Positions 27,664 to 41,008 of a stretch of DNA of 64,000 bases are shown in pieces. The stretch lies in NCBI RefSeq assembly GCF_006345805.1, contig NC_043002.1:91450001-91514000 (forward strand). Reading direction: 5' to 3'. A program made the position numbers and the translations under genes. Below the pieces are notes generated by a model. It did not search any database and was not told the DNA's origin. It saw only the letters and a list, made by a program, of their open reading frames with translations. The first letter of the stretch is position 1, and the number at the start of each line of letters is the position of its first letter. Origin of the DNA: Octopus sinensis (Eukaryota).

Positions 27664-27881
27664 GCGTGTGTGTGTTTGTGTGAGTGTGTTTATCCCCCTA
27701 GCATTGCTTGACAACCGATGCTGGTGTGTCTATGTCCCCGTTACTTAGCGGCGGTCGGCAAAAGAGACCGATAGAATATGTACTGGGCTTACAAAAGAAT
27801 AAGTCCCAGGGTCGAGTTGCTCGATTAAAGGCGGTGCTCCAGCATGGCCGCAGTCAAATGACTGAAACAAAGTAAAAGAGT
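27472..27881 (+). mobile_element. SINE family 4, nested inside a family 2 copy
   Basis: Near-complete copy ending gcatggccgcagtcaaatgactgaaac; the interrupted family 2 head resumes at ~27885-27945. Confidence 0.85.
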
Positions 27882-28365
27882 ACAGGCTAAATGCTGCAAA
27901 ACATTCTGCCCGGCCTGCTAACGATTCTGTCTGTTCGCCGCCTAAAATAAACATAAATATTACATCTAAAAGGTAAAAACAGTCTCAGATGATACGTCAG
28001 TTCATTGGCTATTTTCTTGTTTGGATATTTGCCAAGAGGATACAGACAGTGATAATTTGTGAAGTAGTTGTGACACACCTTTCTTACAAATAAAGATACT
28101 TAATAACTAACTTACAAACAAAACACAGAACATGGTCGAATTATAACTATGAGTTGTAAATAGTTCAGACGTTGGAGGTTTTGTTAGAAATGAATTAGTC
28201 AATTTTTATTTTGTATTTTGTATTTAACTTGGTGATTTTCGTTGGTTCTTCTTTTGTTTTTAGACATTAATTCCGTTTTTTTTTGTATGTGTGTTGGATG
28301 AATCTATATATATATATGTATACATACATACATACAGACATACAAACATACATACAAACATGCAT

Positions 28366-28423
<58 letters not shown>

Positions 28424-28431
28424 CATATATA

Positions 28432-28467
<36 letters not shown>

Positions 28468-28490
28468 TGTATGTATGTATGTATATATAT

Positions 28491-28579
<89 letters not shown>

Positions 28580-29164
28580 TATTTTTTTCCCTCCTCAAAC
28601 AACTGGCACGAACGCGAGACGTGTCTTCATGTCTCTGCACAGCCGTTGGGCAACAAGTACAGAGACATAGTACAATGCTAAAGAGAAAAATGAGAGAGAA
28701 ACCAGTAAGAAAGAGAGAGGGAGAGAGACGAGAGAGATAAGGAGAGGGTGAAGGGAGAGAGGGAGACATTGCTTTTTAATTACAGAATAAAAAGTGGAAG
28801 AAAAGAGACGGAAGGTAAGGTGGAGTGGGATAAAGAAAGTAAGAAAGATGTAAATGTCTGAAAAGAAAGAACTGAGATCGTCTGAAATACTACTTTACAG
28901 CAAAGTGTTTGAAGCTGAACTTAAATTGCATAGAGAATAATGATAATTATAAAGCCGTCGTCATCGTAGTGGTTGGTCGTCGTTGCTTTTGTTGTTGTTG
29001 TTGTTGTTGTTGCTGTTTCTGCTGTTGTCGTTTACGCTGCCGCCGCCATTGTCGCTGCCGCCATTGTCGCCGCCGCCACTGCTGCCGCCACCAACCTTCT
29101 TTTTACATTCTGCTTGCTAGCTATCCTATTAAGAAATAGCAGGGAAGATGGTGTGGCGGTGCTG

Positions 29165-29303
29165 GTGGTGAGCATGTAATAGTAGTAGTAGTAGTAGAAG
29201 CAGCAGCAGCAGTAGTAGTAGAGTAGTAGTAGCTGCAGTAGTAGTATAAGCAGCAGTGATAGTAGTAGTAGTATTAGTAGCAGCACCAGCAGTGGTGATA
29301 GTG

Positions 29304-29340
<37 letters not shown>

Positions 29341-29532
29341 AAGCAGCAGCAGCAGTAGTAGTAGAGTAGTAGTAGCTGCAGTAGTAGTATAAGCAGCAGT
29401 GATAGTAGTAGTCGCAACAGCAACAGTAGTAGTAGTATTAGTAGCAGCACCAGCAGTGGTGATAGTGGTAGTAGTAGTAGTAGTGGTACTTGTAGTAGTA
29501 GTAGTTGTAGTAGTAGTAGTAGTAGTAGTAGA

Positions 29533-29590
<58 letters not shown>

Positions 29591-29592
29591 TT
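29165..29592. repeat. (GTA)n/(GCA)n compound microsatellite with internal duplicated blocks
   Basis: Visible directly in the sequence. Confidence 0.9.
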
Positions 29593-29880
29593 AGAAGTAC
29601 GAGTAAATAACTTCAAGTAGCCTTAATGTAGAAATCCTGTCGATGGTGGAGATAGAGCGGTGCTGTGGTCTCTGTTTACTAAGACCAGTAAACAACGTAA
29701 AAAGACGTTAGCAGAGGAGACGGGTTGACATCTTTCACTTGATCAACTCGTCCGTTTCTTTCATTTTTAAGTACTTCGCTACAGAAGCAAAAACGATAAC
29801 TACTACTACTACAACTACCACAAAAACAACGACCGCTACTACTATTACCACCACCACCACGTCTAATGCATGTTTTAGAC

Positions 29881-30105
29881 CAGGGGTGGGCAAACTACGG
29901 CCCGCGGGCCGCATGCGGCCCGCCATAGGTTTTCATGCGGCCCGCCGAGAGGAATATTTCACAAAATTTCCTTTCAATCAATTGTGTGTTTATAGGTCTA
30001 TAACCGCCTTTAAAAATATTTTCACTTGATTTTTATAAATGAGGTCCGCCAAGGTTCCAAAGACGCACTGTGCGGCCCGCGATCAAAGAAGTTCGCCCAC
30101 CCCTG
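29881..30105. mobile_element. hAT (Charlie-like) MITE
   Basis: TIR caggggtgggcaaact / agttcgcccacccctg; 8-bp TSD ttttagac; subterminal gcggcccgc repeats. Confidence 0.9.
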
Positions 30106-30555
30106 TTTTAGACTATTGATGTTTTTAGATGTGCGTTTGTGACTTTGAAATCTTCAAGGTCGTGCCCCAGCATTGCCGTAATCTAATGACAGAAACAAGT
30201 AAAAGATGAAAGAGAATCTTATTTCCCTATTGTCTTTCTAGTTTTCATGAAGAACGGGAATCAATGCTGGAGACTAAGTACGAAGGCGTAGGATTCCTGT
30301 TTGTAAGTCCTGTCTTTTTGATTGCCTTCAGGTGGAAAGCTGACTTTCGGATGTATTGATTTCAAATTTTGGCACAAGGCGAGCAATTTGAAGGGTGAGG
30401 TTAAATTGTTTACATCTACCCCAGTGCTCTACAGGTACTTATTTTGTCGACCCCGAAAGAATAAAAGGCAAACTCAACCTCGGCGGGATTTGAATTCAGA
30501 ATGTAAAGACGGACGAAAAGCTGCTAAGCATTTCGTCCGGCGTGCTAATGATTCT

Positions 30556-32066
30556 TATTTCTTTATTGCCCACAAGGGGCTTAACATAGAGGGAACAAAG
30601 AAGGACAGACAAAGGGATTAAATCGATTACATCGACCCCAGTACGTAATTGGTACTTAATTTATCGATCCCGAAAGGATGAAAGACAAAGTCGACCTCGG
30701 CGGAATTTGAACTCAGAACGCAACGACAGACGAAATACCTATTTCTCTACTACCCACAAGGGGCTAAACACAGAGAGGACAAACAAGGACAGACAAACGG
30801 ATTAAGTCGATTATATCGATCCCAGTGTATAACTGGTACTTAATTTATCGACCCCGAAAGGATGAAAGGCAAAGTCGACCTCGGCGGAATTTGAACTCAG
30901 AACGCAACGACAGACGAAATACCTATTTCTTTACTACCCACAAGGGGCTTAACATAGAGGGAACAAACAAGGACAGGCAAACGGATTAGTCGATTACATC
31001 GACCCCCGTACGCACTGGTACTTAATTTATGACCCTGAAAGGATGAAGGCAAAGTCGACCTCGGCGGAATTTGACCTCAGAACGCAACGGCAGACGAAAT
31101 ACCTATTTCTTTACCACCCACAAGGGGCTAAACACAGAGAGGACAAACAAGGACAGACAAACGGATTAAGTCGATTATATCGATTCCAGTGCGTAACTGG
31201 TACTTAATTTATCGACCCCGAAAGGATGAAAGGCAAAGTCGACCTCGGCGGAATTTGAACTCAGAACGCAACGACAGACGAAATACCTATTTCTTTACTA
31301 CCCACAAGGGGCTTAACATAGAGGGAACAAACAAGGACAGGCAAACGGATTAAGTCGATTACATCGACCCCAGTACGCAACTGGTACTTAATTTATGACC
31401 CTGAAAGGATGAAAGGCAAAGTCGACCTCGGCGGAATTTGACCTCAGAACGCAACGGCAGACGAAATACCTATTTCTTTACCACCCACAAGGGGCTAAAC
31501 AGAGAGGACAAACAAGGACAGACAAACGGATAAGTCGATTATATCGATTCCAGTGCGTAACTGGTACTTAATTTATCGACCCCGAAAGGATGAAAGGCAA
31601 AGTCGACCTCGGCGGAATTTGAACTCAGAACGCAACGACAGACGAAATACCTATTTCTTTACTACCCACAAGGGGCTTAACATAGAGGGACAAACCAAGG
31701 ACAGGCAAACGGATTAAGTCGATTACATCGACCCCAGTACGCAACTGGTACTTAATTTATGACCCTGAAAGGATGAAAGGCAAAGTCGACCTCGGCGGAA
31801 TTTGACCTCAGAACGCAACGGCAGACGAAATACCTATTTCTTTACCACCCACAAGGGGCTAAACACAGAGAGGACAAACAAGGACAGACAAACGGATTAA
31901 GTCGATTATATCGATCCCAGTGCGTAACTGGTACTTAATTTATCGACCCCGAAAGGATGAAAGGCAAAGTCGACCTCGGCGGAATTTGAACTCAGAACGT
32001 AACGGCAGACGAAATACGGCTACGCATTTCGCCCGTGTGCTAACGTTACTGCCAGCTCGTCACCTT
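30556..32066 (-). repeat. Tandem array of 8 SINE family 2 units (~184 bp), inserted in another family 2 copy
   Basis: Units start at ~30556, 30741, 30925, 31105, 31289, 31472, 31653 and 31836; only the last carries the complete head. Confidence 0.92.
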
Positions 32067-32087
32067 GGTGGCGTTTTCTATAAGCAT

Positions 32088-32182
32088 TTACATGTTATTA
32101 GGGTATAAGAATTGTGACACTGTTATTGTAATATAGGGTGTGCTGTAGACGTTGATGTTGAAGGTAATTACTTTGCTGCTGC

Positions 32183-32215
<33 letters not shown>

Positions 32216-32372
32216 CTCTTCTGCCGCTGCTGCTGCTGCTACCGCTGTTGCTGAAGTTGTTGTAATAATTCTCCGCATTGGTAAATAATCCCATCCCATC
32301 GTTGACAGCAGGCAATTGCAAGTCTAGAAGTTTAAGGGATGCTGTAATTGTAGGGTGTACTTCAACTTCCAT
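32088..32372 (-). CDS. Candidate host coding exon (unverified), Ser-rich
   Basis: ATG in good context (attATGg), non-repetitive N-terminal part, possible donor aa|gtaatt; no homology recognised. Confidence 0.2.
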
Positions 32373-32647
32373 AATATTCCTACCACATCAGTATTGTTTG
32401 TGGCGAAATAAGCCAAAAAAAATCATTTCTTAAATAGATTGATGTTTACAATAACAAGTGAACAATAGAAAGATTAAAAATTTTAAGATTTCGTTTTACG
32501 TTGTTGTTTTGTTTTGTTTTGTTTGATTCTTTTATTTGCTTTGTTGCTCAATATATTTTGTTTTTAATGTCTTTTTATATTTTTTTTTATACCTTTTATT
32601 CCTTTTGGCTTTTGCTTTGTTGCTCAAGATTTATAACACTTACATTA

Positions 32648-32702
<55 letters not shown>

Positions 32703-33409
32703 TTAACAATCTGTGCATTTGCTGATGTTTTTTAACATTCATCCGTGAAACGCTCGCTTTCAATACTACTGAATGGAAGTAGACGAAAGAATATGAAGGA
32801 AATTCATCTACAGGATAAATGGGAAAATTACAAAGATAAAAATACATATACAAGAAAATAATACAAAAATTAGGGAAATATTAAAGTTCAATAAATTTCT
32901 TTGTGGTTTTTATTTTTAATCTATTCTCATTGTTTTCCAATGATTTTCAATTTTATTAGTTTTCGGCCAAAAAGTGAAACATATTAAAGTTCTGGGGAAA
33001 ATTCAAAGAGAGTGAAAGAGACAGACAGAGAGAATGAATTATATTAATATAGACAGCAAAATCAAAGGAATATAAAACAGTTCCCTCTAAGAAATTTCTT
33101 TTTGCAATTTATTTTTCTTAAACTTTGGAATTCTCTCTTTCTCTCACTCACCTTCTCCTTTTATTTTTTCTGAAACAAAATTAATATCATTATGCCAAGA
33201 AAATTTTCTAAAATGCTAACTATTAAAAAAGAATTACTTTCCTTTTCGACTGTGATAACTTTCGTTTATTGACTGGTCAATATAGGACCACCAAAGGTAG
33301 AAATGTGTTATCGTATGTAGCTAAAATTTTTGAATGTGAATGAAACAAAATAAATTCTTTTAAATACTTTACCGTGCTTAATATCTGCTATATTTGTGAT
33401 ATGTTTAAG

Positions 33410-33772
33410 GGATCTTTTAGGTTTGAACGGCAGTTTTTAACATAATTTCTAGGTAACTAAAAATGTTAAACTTCGTATACTGGTAGAAATGTGTTTATAA
33501 AACATCTTTTTCTCTTGGCTTTATTGAGAAAATTCTATAGTTTGTATGGTATTTGTTGTTTTTTTCTTCAATTTCTGCAATTTCAACCAATCACTGACGC
33601 CTATTGAGGTAAAAAAAAACATTCTGTGTCGTATGAATATGTCCCTCGTTTAAGAAAAAGATTGAGTTTATTTACATTTGTGAAGAAAAAAGATACACCC
33701 CCCCTAAACCTAACGCTAAAACAGATTGAAATGCAATAGATCGATACTAGGGTCATAATTATGGGTGACAAT
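33410..33772. mobile_element. Merlin-like MITE, second copy lacking the right TIR
   Basis: Colinear with 20549-20915. Confidence 0.8.
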
Positions 33773-34156
33773 TTAAGAGCAATGGTGGAAAAGGTATTTC
33801 TCTTTCTACACTATACACGATGATGCATTCTGGGTATTTCATGCTATATCTTCTATCTTTTACCTTTTACTTGTTTCAGTCATTAGAATGCGGCCCTGCT
33901 GGAGTATCGCCTTGAAGAATTTTTAGTCGAATGATACTTATTTTATGAGCCGCTAGTTTACGAGACATAAACACACCAACACCGGTTGTCAGGTATGAAC
34001 CTGAACTTGTAATCTAGGTAAAGTATTTGTAGATTTCTCATTAGTTCAACGTCGCAGCGTAGGTATTTTCTTTTTCCGCTGATCTTTTGCTTTAAGTTAA
34101 CATCCACTGGGCAGCTGATTTCCACAACTGTTTCTCTTCTCTGTCCCAAACCATCT

Positions 34157-34218
<62 letters not shown>

Positions 34219-35260
34219 TGTATGTATGTATGTATGTATGTATGTATTTGTATGTATGTATTTATGTGTCTGACAATCAGTGTTAGTGTATTTGCGCCCT
34301 CGTAACTTAGCGGCTTGGCAAAACTTAGCAGTTTGACAAGTACCAAGCTTAAATTTTTTTTAAGTACTAGAGTCGATTCATTCAACTAAAACTTCTTCAA
34401 GGCAGTGCCCCAGCATGGCCACAGTCTAATTACTGAAACAAATTAAAAAATAATGATAAAATATATACATATTCACAACCAACTAGAAATAGCATAAAAG
34501 TTTCCTGCAGGTCAACCACATAGATTCATCATTATGATGAAAGCAGAAACTTGACTAGGGACGTTGTTCTGTCAATAATATACAGTGTACATATTTTAAT
34601 ATATTTCATGATGAACACAAAATATATTAAAATATACGTTTTCCGTTAAACGATATGAAAAGGCTAATTATTAAGCCTTCGCTTAGAAAGACAACTTAAA
34701 TTTCAGTTATCTACCTGATTAAAAAGTGGCCCAGACAACAACAATTTTTCTGAAAATAAAAATAGAAGTAAAGTTAATTACTTTAATATTTTCAACGGCA
34801 TTTTGTATTTAAACTGAATATGTTTTAGATTAACGGTGGCATCCTTTCGAGGTTAATAAATTAAGTACAAGTTGAGTACTAGGGTTGATGTAAACGACTG
34901 ATCACCTAGAATAAGAAATACCAACATTAGAAAGGATTTTAAACGGACAAATAATTTCAATTGAAACTTGTACCATCTAGCCATCAGCTAAGCGATGGAT
35001 ATCGAACTAGTGTTTAATAATTAACTTATTAACTATTACGGAGGTGTACTTGCATAGCAAATGACCTGATCTGAGATCGTGTGCTGGAACGAAAATAATT
35101 GCAGCTTGGAAGGTTTTTAAGCCATTTAAGAAACACAAAATCCGTTAGATTCACTTCAACATTTAAATTTAGTTTGTCAGTTAACTATTATATAATTCAA
35201 TAATATTTGTTCCAAAAATCTGTTTCACAGAAACTCTTTCGTTATTTCCTTGGGTCTTTA

Positions 35261-35325
<65 letters not shown>

Positions 35326-35858
35326 TCACTCACTCTCCCTCCTTTCTTTCATTCAATCTTTCCAGCGTACTCTCTCTTCCGTATCAATTATTTAGAACAC
35401 ACACACACATACACACACACACACACATACATATTGATTGATTGAGAAATATCTACAGACGAGAGCGAATGTGAAAAGAAAATAGACTTACTATTTGCTG
35501 CACAAAAATGGAAACCAAATGTATCGCATTACTTAAACACCGTTTTCTGAAGGGACTGGTCAACTTCACGAAAGTTCAAATGTAAAACTTGTAATTTCTG
35601 CATAGAACAGCCATGTTATAACATGGATGTTCTAAATTGTTACCTACCGTCTAGTATTGTTACTACTTATATCTCGTTCAGAGGTTTTAGAATTAGTTAC
35701 TTTGCCCGTTATATATAATTCTTTCTTCTTAATCTATCAACGCATATAAAATTGTAAATGAGAGCATGTAAACGCTAGGAGTTAAAAAAATATTTGGGCA
35801 AAAGAGGCCAAAAACAGCAAATATAAATTTATATATGTAAGCACCTATATATCTATCA

Positions 35859-35905
<47 letters not shown>

Positions 35906-36632
35906 GGTATATATATATGTGTGTGTGTGTGTGTTTGTGTGAATGTGTGCCTCTGCGCGGGTACGCAATTATGTATGCATATGTGTGCGTAAATGTGTGT
36001 ATATATTTATCAGATATGACATAATTTTCATTGATTTTTTTTTATTATATATCCTTTTTTTATCTCAATACTACTACTACATTCACACAGCCTATCATGC
36101 ATATGATGGCATAATCAAGTATAATACTTTAATTAATCAATTAGTCAACATTATACTAAATTATCTGACTGATCACGTTTAACTGTTAAATGTCACTTAA
36201 ACATTATTTTGTTTCAGTCATACTTTTCTTTCTTAGGATTTCGATCTATTCCTCTGCAATTTGATATCTACTACTTTGTGTTTTGAACATGAATATATTA
36301 TTTGTTTCTCAGCTAATTTGTGTTAGAAGTGTATTCTCAGCTGTAAACAAGCGTAATGACGTATCTAGAAGTATGTGTATATATATGCTTTTATGCATTG
36401 TATATTCCTTAGTGTATGAGAACATGTGAACTGGTGTGTATGTGTGTGTGTGTGTGTGTGTGTGCATGCAAGTGGACGTGTGGAAGTGTTTGAAAATATT
36501 AATATATTAGTGCATGTATACACACACATATAAACAATAATAATAAGGGTTATTACGAAGGTGCATAGCAATTACTGTTAATTCTTTTAATATATATATA
36601 CAGCTTTGCATAGACCTACTCATGTTTTACTG

Positions 36633-36674
<42 letters not shown>

Positions 36675-36682
36675 ATATATAT

Positions 36683-36857
36683 AGTTAATCCAAACATGAG
36701 AGCACAAAGAGAAACACAACAACGTGAGGACGTGGAACAAGTATAGTGATATTGGACGCTCAGGAAAGGAAAGAAAGAAGGAGGATTTAACGTTTCGGGC
36801 GGACCTCTCCGTCAGAAACATAGGAAAAGAAAATCCAAGGAAGGGAAGTCGGAGGGA

Positions 36858-36858
<1 letters not shown>
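36683..36858 (-). mobile_element. HH-A element, second copy with mutated hammerhead core
   Basis: Colinear with 4814-4992; core reads CUGACGG and stem II has mismatches. Confidence 0.7.
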
Positions 36859-36889
<31 letters not shown>

Positions 36890-36952
36890 GTATATATATA
36901 ATATATAAAGATATATATACATATATTATTAATCTTGTATATATATTAATCT

Positions 36953-36994
<42 letters not shown>

Positions 36995-37456
36995 CACACA
37001 CACACATACACGCGCGCGTGCGCACATACACATTTGTCTCTGATGTTCAATTACTTCTGTTTGCACAATTTCTTCCCCCCCCCTTTTTACAAATTCTCTC
37101 GGCCTCTGATCAGATGTTCTCCTTTCGTTTTGGATGCATCTATGTTCTTAAGGCTGCTGGAAATAAGGTAGGACAATTGCTATGCTATTGACACTGATGC
37201 CGTCCTTTTCCTTAATGTCATGTCAGCTTTGCAGAAATGTTTATAGCTGAGATTGTCTCCCCTTCTGATATGGATCTGGTCCCAACTGCTATTTGGTAAC
37301 TGGGACACACCCTCTTGAGGCAGAGATAATTTTAATGAAATCATTAATTTATGCTGTACGTTATTGGAAATATCTGTATTTGTGTATGTTGTTCATACAT
37401 ATCATTAGTTACAAATTCTTTTTCATGGCACTTTTGTTGAATACGTACATAGATAT

Positions 37457-37769
37457 ATCACCGTGATCACCGTGACCGACCAGGCTATCAGATGTTGTTA
37501 CACATCGCTGGTCACAATGCGCTTCGCATTGTTTTAGCCTTCAAATGATGCCACCCTGCTGGCTAAGCGAGCAGGCCAACAGAAGAAAGAGTGAGAGAAA
37601 TTTGTGGCGAAAGAGTACAGCAGGGGTCGCCACCACCCCCTGCCGGAACCTCGTGGAGCTTTTGGTGTTTTCGCTCAATAAACACTCAGAACGCCCGGTC
37701 TGGGAATCGAAACCACGATCCTACGACCGCGAGTCCGCTGCCATAACCACTAGGTCATTGTGCCTCCAC
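37457..37769 (-). mobile_element. tRNA-derived SINE (family 1, tail B)
   Basis: Colinear with 4363-4669. Confidence 0.9.
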
Positions 37770-37876
37770 ATATAGATATATACACACGTAAATACATACA
37801 TATACATATGTGTGTGTGTGTGTACATAAGCATTCAAAGTATTTGTGTAGCTATGTGTTTGAGTGCGTGTGTGTGT

Positions 37877-37928
<52 letters not shown>

Positions 37929-38084
37929 GTAACTTTATCCCTGTATATAGACGAAATAGCACAAATGCAACGTCCCTTAAGAAGGACAGTTATAATACGT
38001 GAAGATTACGAAATCACAAAAAAATTAACGCAGATTTTGTGCACAGTGAATTGTTGACCGATAAATGGAAGAATTAAGGAAATA

Positions 38085-39667
38085 CACTAGTGAAAATAAA
38101 GTTATGACCGATGTTAAAAGTTCTATTTCTTACAAAACATTTTGTACTAACACCATGCACATTTTTTTAATCTTTTACACCTTATGCAGAATTTATTTCT
38201 CTTTCGAATGATGCAGACAATAACTATTTTTATACAACTTGAAGAATTCTAATGCTAAATTAATATAAACGTTTCAAATTTACCGGCAATATTAGTTTAA
38301 GACCGTATCATTATAATTTTATTTTAAGCTTAAGACTGTAGCGAAAATGAGCAACAAGAACGAAATACATATTAGTACTTTGCGCCGTAGACTTTATTCT
38401 TAATAACGGCTGAACAACGCCTCGGCATTGAATTCGCTAAGTGATTACAAAATTCTATGGGAATGTTTTGTCATATTTCATTGATATAATCGAATAATTC
38501 TTTTAGATTAGATGGTTTTTTTAGCATGGACTTTTTTGGAAACTTAATTCCACAGGTTCTCGATCGGCCTTAGATCCGGGCTCTGGGAAGGCCATTCGAT
38601 TACTTCAATATTATGGTGATCAAAAAATTCCATAACGTTTTTGGTTTTGTGCACAGGACTATTGTCCTGCCGATAAATAGCTCCCGGAGGCATTTGGTGA
38701 GTCAAATATGGCACAACACTATCCTTTAGTAGATTCATATAACCTACACTATTTAGCTTTCCATCAACTTTAACTAGAGGGCCAACACCAAAGCTACTAA
38801 TGCGTCTTTTTCACGCATTTCGGATGGAATTCCTCGGATGGGCGACGTCTGACGTGTTTTACCATCTGATCCAAATATACAGAAATGTAACTCGTCACTC
38901 TAAAGGACCCTGCACCATTGAGCATGGCTTTTTGCGAAATTAAGGCGTTTGAGTCGATTTCTTTCGGATATTATTGGCTTTTTCCTAGCGATTCGTCCAT
39001 ATAGTCCAAATCCTCTCAAACGGTTGCGGAAAGTTTGAGGTGTAAAAATAACACCATTCTCGTTGGACAATTATTTACAAATGTCAACGGCTGTCAGCAT
39101 TCGGTTGCCTTCCAAAAGTCGGTGGATTCGATATTCAAAATCTGCCGTCGTTTTTCTTGGGGCGCCAGTCCTTTGCCGATCTTTAATATTGACCGGTCTC
39201 CGAGTATAACTTCCACGCTTGCACGCAAGCCGTTTTACTGCACTTTAGGTGCTTGCTGATGTTCGAAAAGGAGACTTTTTGCTGGTGGAGTAATACGAAT
39301 TTTGCTCTTGTGACTGGACTGAGGTTACGTTGTTTTCCCCTTATTGATCAATTGCATAATAACATTAAATTATAACAATATATAGTGCAGTTAGGCAAGT
39401 TGTGTGACCACCCATTTTGGCAAAAAAATTTGCATACATATTACATGGTCTTAAAATAATTTTGCCGGTAAATTTGAAACGTTTATATTAATTTAGCATT
39501 AGGATTCTTCAAGCTGTATAAAAATAGTTATTGTCTGCATCATTCGAAAGAGAAATAAATTCTGCATAAGGTGTAAAAGATAAAGATGATTTGTATGGTG
39601 TTAGTATCAAAATATTTTGTAAGAAATAGAACTTTTGTCACCGGTCTTAAATTTATTTTCGCCAGTG
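38085..39667 (-). mobile_element. Tc1 (DD34E) transposon with ~220-bp IR/DR-type TIRs and decayed transposase
   Basis: TA flanks; TIRs 38085-~38307 and ~39445-39667; QDNSPVH...WPSQSPDLRPIENLW catalytic region. Confidence 0.92.
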
Positions 39668-39834
39668 TATTAACGTTACTGGTAAAACGTTTATCAAGTC
39701 GGTCAAGAGAGAAATAAATAACAAAGAAAGGGGGAAAAGAACGGGGTGGGTGTGGGTGGAAAGGACGAAACGATACCTGTTTAAATGTGTTAATTGTGTG
39801 TGCATCTTTTGGGTATATCTTTTTAAAACTGTAT

Positions 39835-40726
39835 TTGTGGTCTCAAAAGGTTCCCGGACTAGTTATGTTTAATAAAAGGTAACTTATTTACCTACGTTTT
39901 ACCATCATCTCCTTCGAAATAGTCACCTTGCGCAGCAATACACCGGTCCCAGCGTTCCTTGTTTTTGGTGAGAAACTAATGAGTAAGGAGAATTCTTCGC
40001 GCTTCACAAATCCAGTCGCTTTCGCCGAATGTCCTCCCTAAAACGCTTCAAAACGTCGCAGTAGACCTCTCGATTGACGGTCTGGCTCGGATCTTTACCT
40101 TTTGATTCACAGATTTAAAAAAATAATCTTTTGTAACTAAACACTTTCAAACTTCGGACACTGGTAGAATGTGTCATATAAAACATTTTTTACTCTAAGT
40201 GTTGTTGAGAAAAGATTATATCTACGAAGTAATTTCACGTTAAAGTAGTCCTAAGTTTGAAAATGTTTAGTTACAAAAAAATATTTTTTAAATCTGTAGG
40301 TCAAAAGGTAAGGATCGTCTGGCTCTGGGGGAGGAGTCCTCGATGCACAGTACCACATTTCCAGGAGTTACGCTCGTGGCAGATCTTACATATCTCGGTT
40401 TCTCAGGGACGTTCTTCAGCTTTTGTGGCGCCGAGCCACTCGGAACATTACGTACAACACATTGACTCGCCGAAGCATGCTCAAAGTCCCTGTAGCAGAC
40501 ATTCCAAGTTTAACGCAAAATTTCACGTGAGCTCCTTGTTCTATTTTCCTGTGCAGGACAAAATTGCAGACTACAGCATACACGTGATCGCAAGAACACA
40601 AATTTCACAATTGCGTAGTAAACACAGCAATATCACTCGGCACACTGCTTCATGAAGGTCACTGGTAGCACTGATTACTAGCACTCGTGTGCTACCATGC
40701 GCTACAGGAACATTTTGATACCACCA
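39835..40726 (-). mobile_element. Mariner-like element, internally deleted
   Basis: N-terminal KIEQGAHVKFCVKLGMSATGTL; C-terminal ERWDRCIAAQGDYFEGD; imperfect TIRs gtggtctcaaaaggttcc / ggaacattttgataccac. Confidence 0.75.
40089..40317. mobile_element. Merlin-like MITE nested in the mariner element
   Basis: TIR ggatctttaccttttga / tcaaaaggtaaggatc; TSD tctggctc; shares ctggtagaatgtgt...ataaaacat with the 20.5-kb MITE. Confidence 0.85.
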
Positions 40727-40746
40727 GGCATGTCTTTATATGAATT

Positions 40747-40800
<54 letters not shown>

Positions 40801-40802
40801 AT

Positions 40803-40833
<31 letters not shown>

Positions 40834-40837
40834 CACA

Positions 40838-40868
<31 letters not shown>

Positions 40869-40906
40869 TGTATGTATGTATATATATATATACATATATA
40901 TTTATT

Positions 40907-41008
<102 letters not shown>

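Noticed and set aside
30556-32066. CRISPR-like regular array
   Set aside because: Units are ~184-bp whole-unit repeats with no unique spacers, in a eukaryotic SINE context
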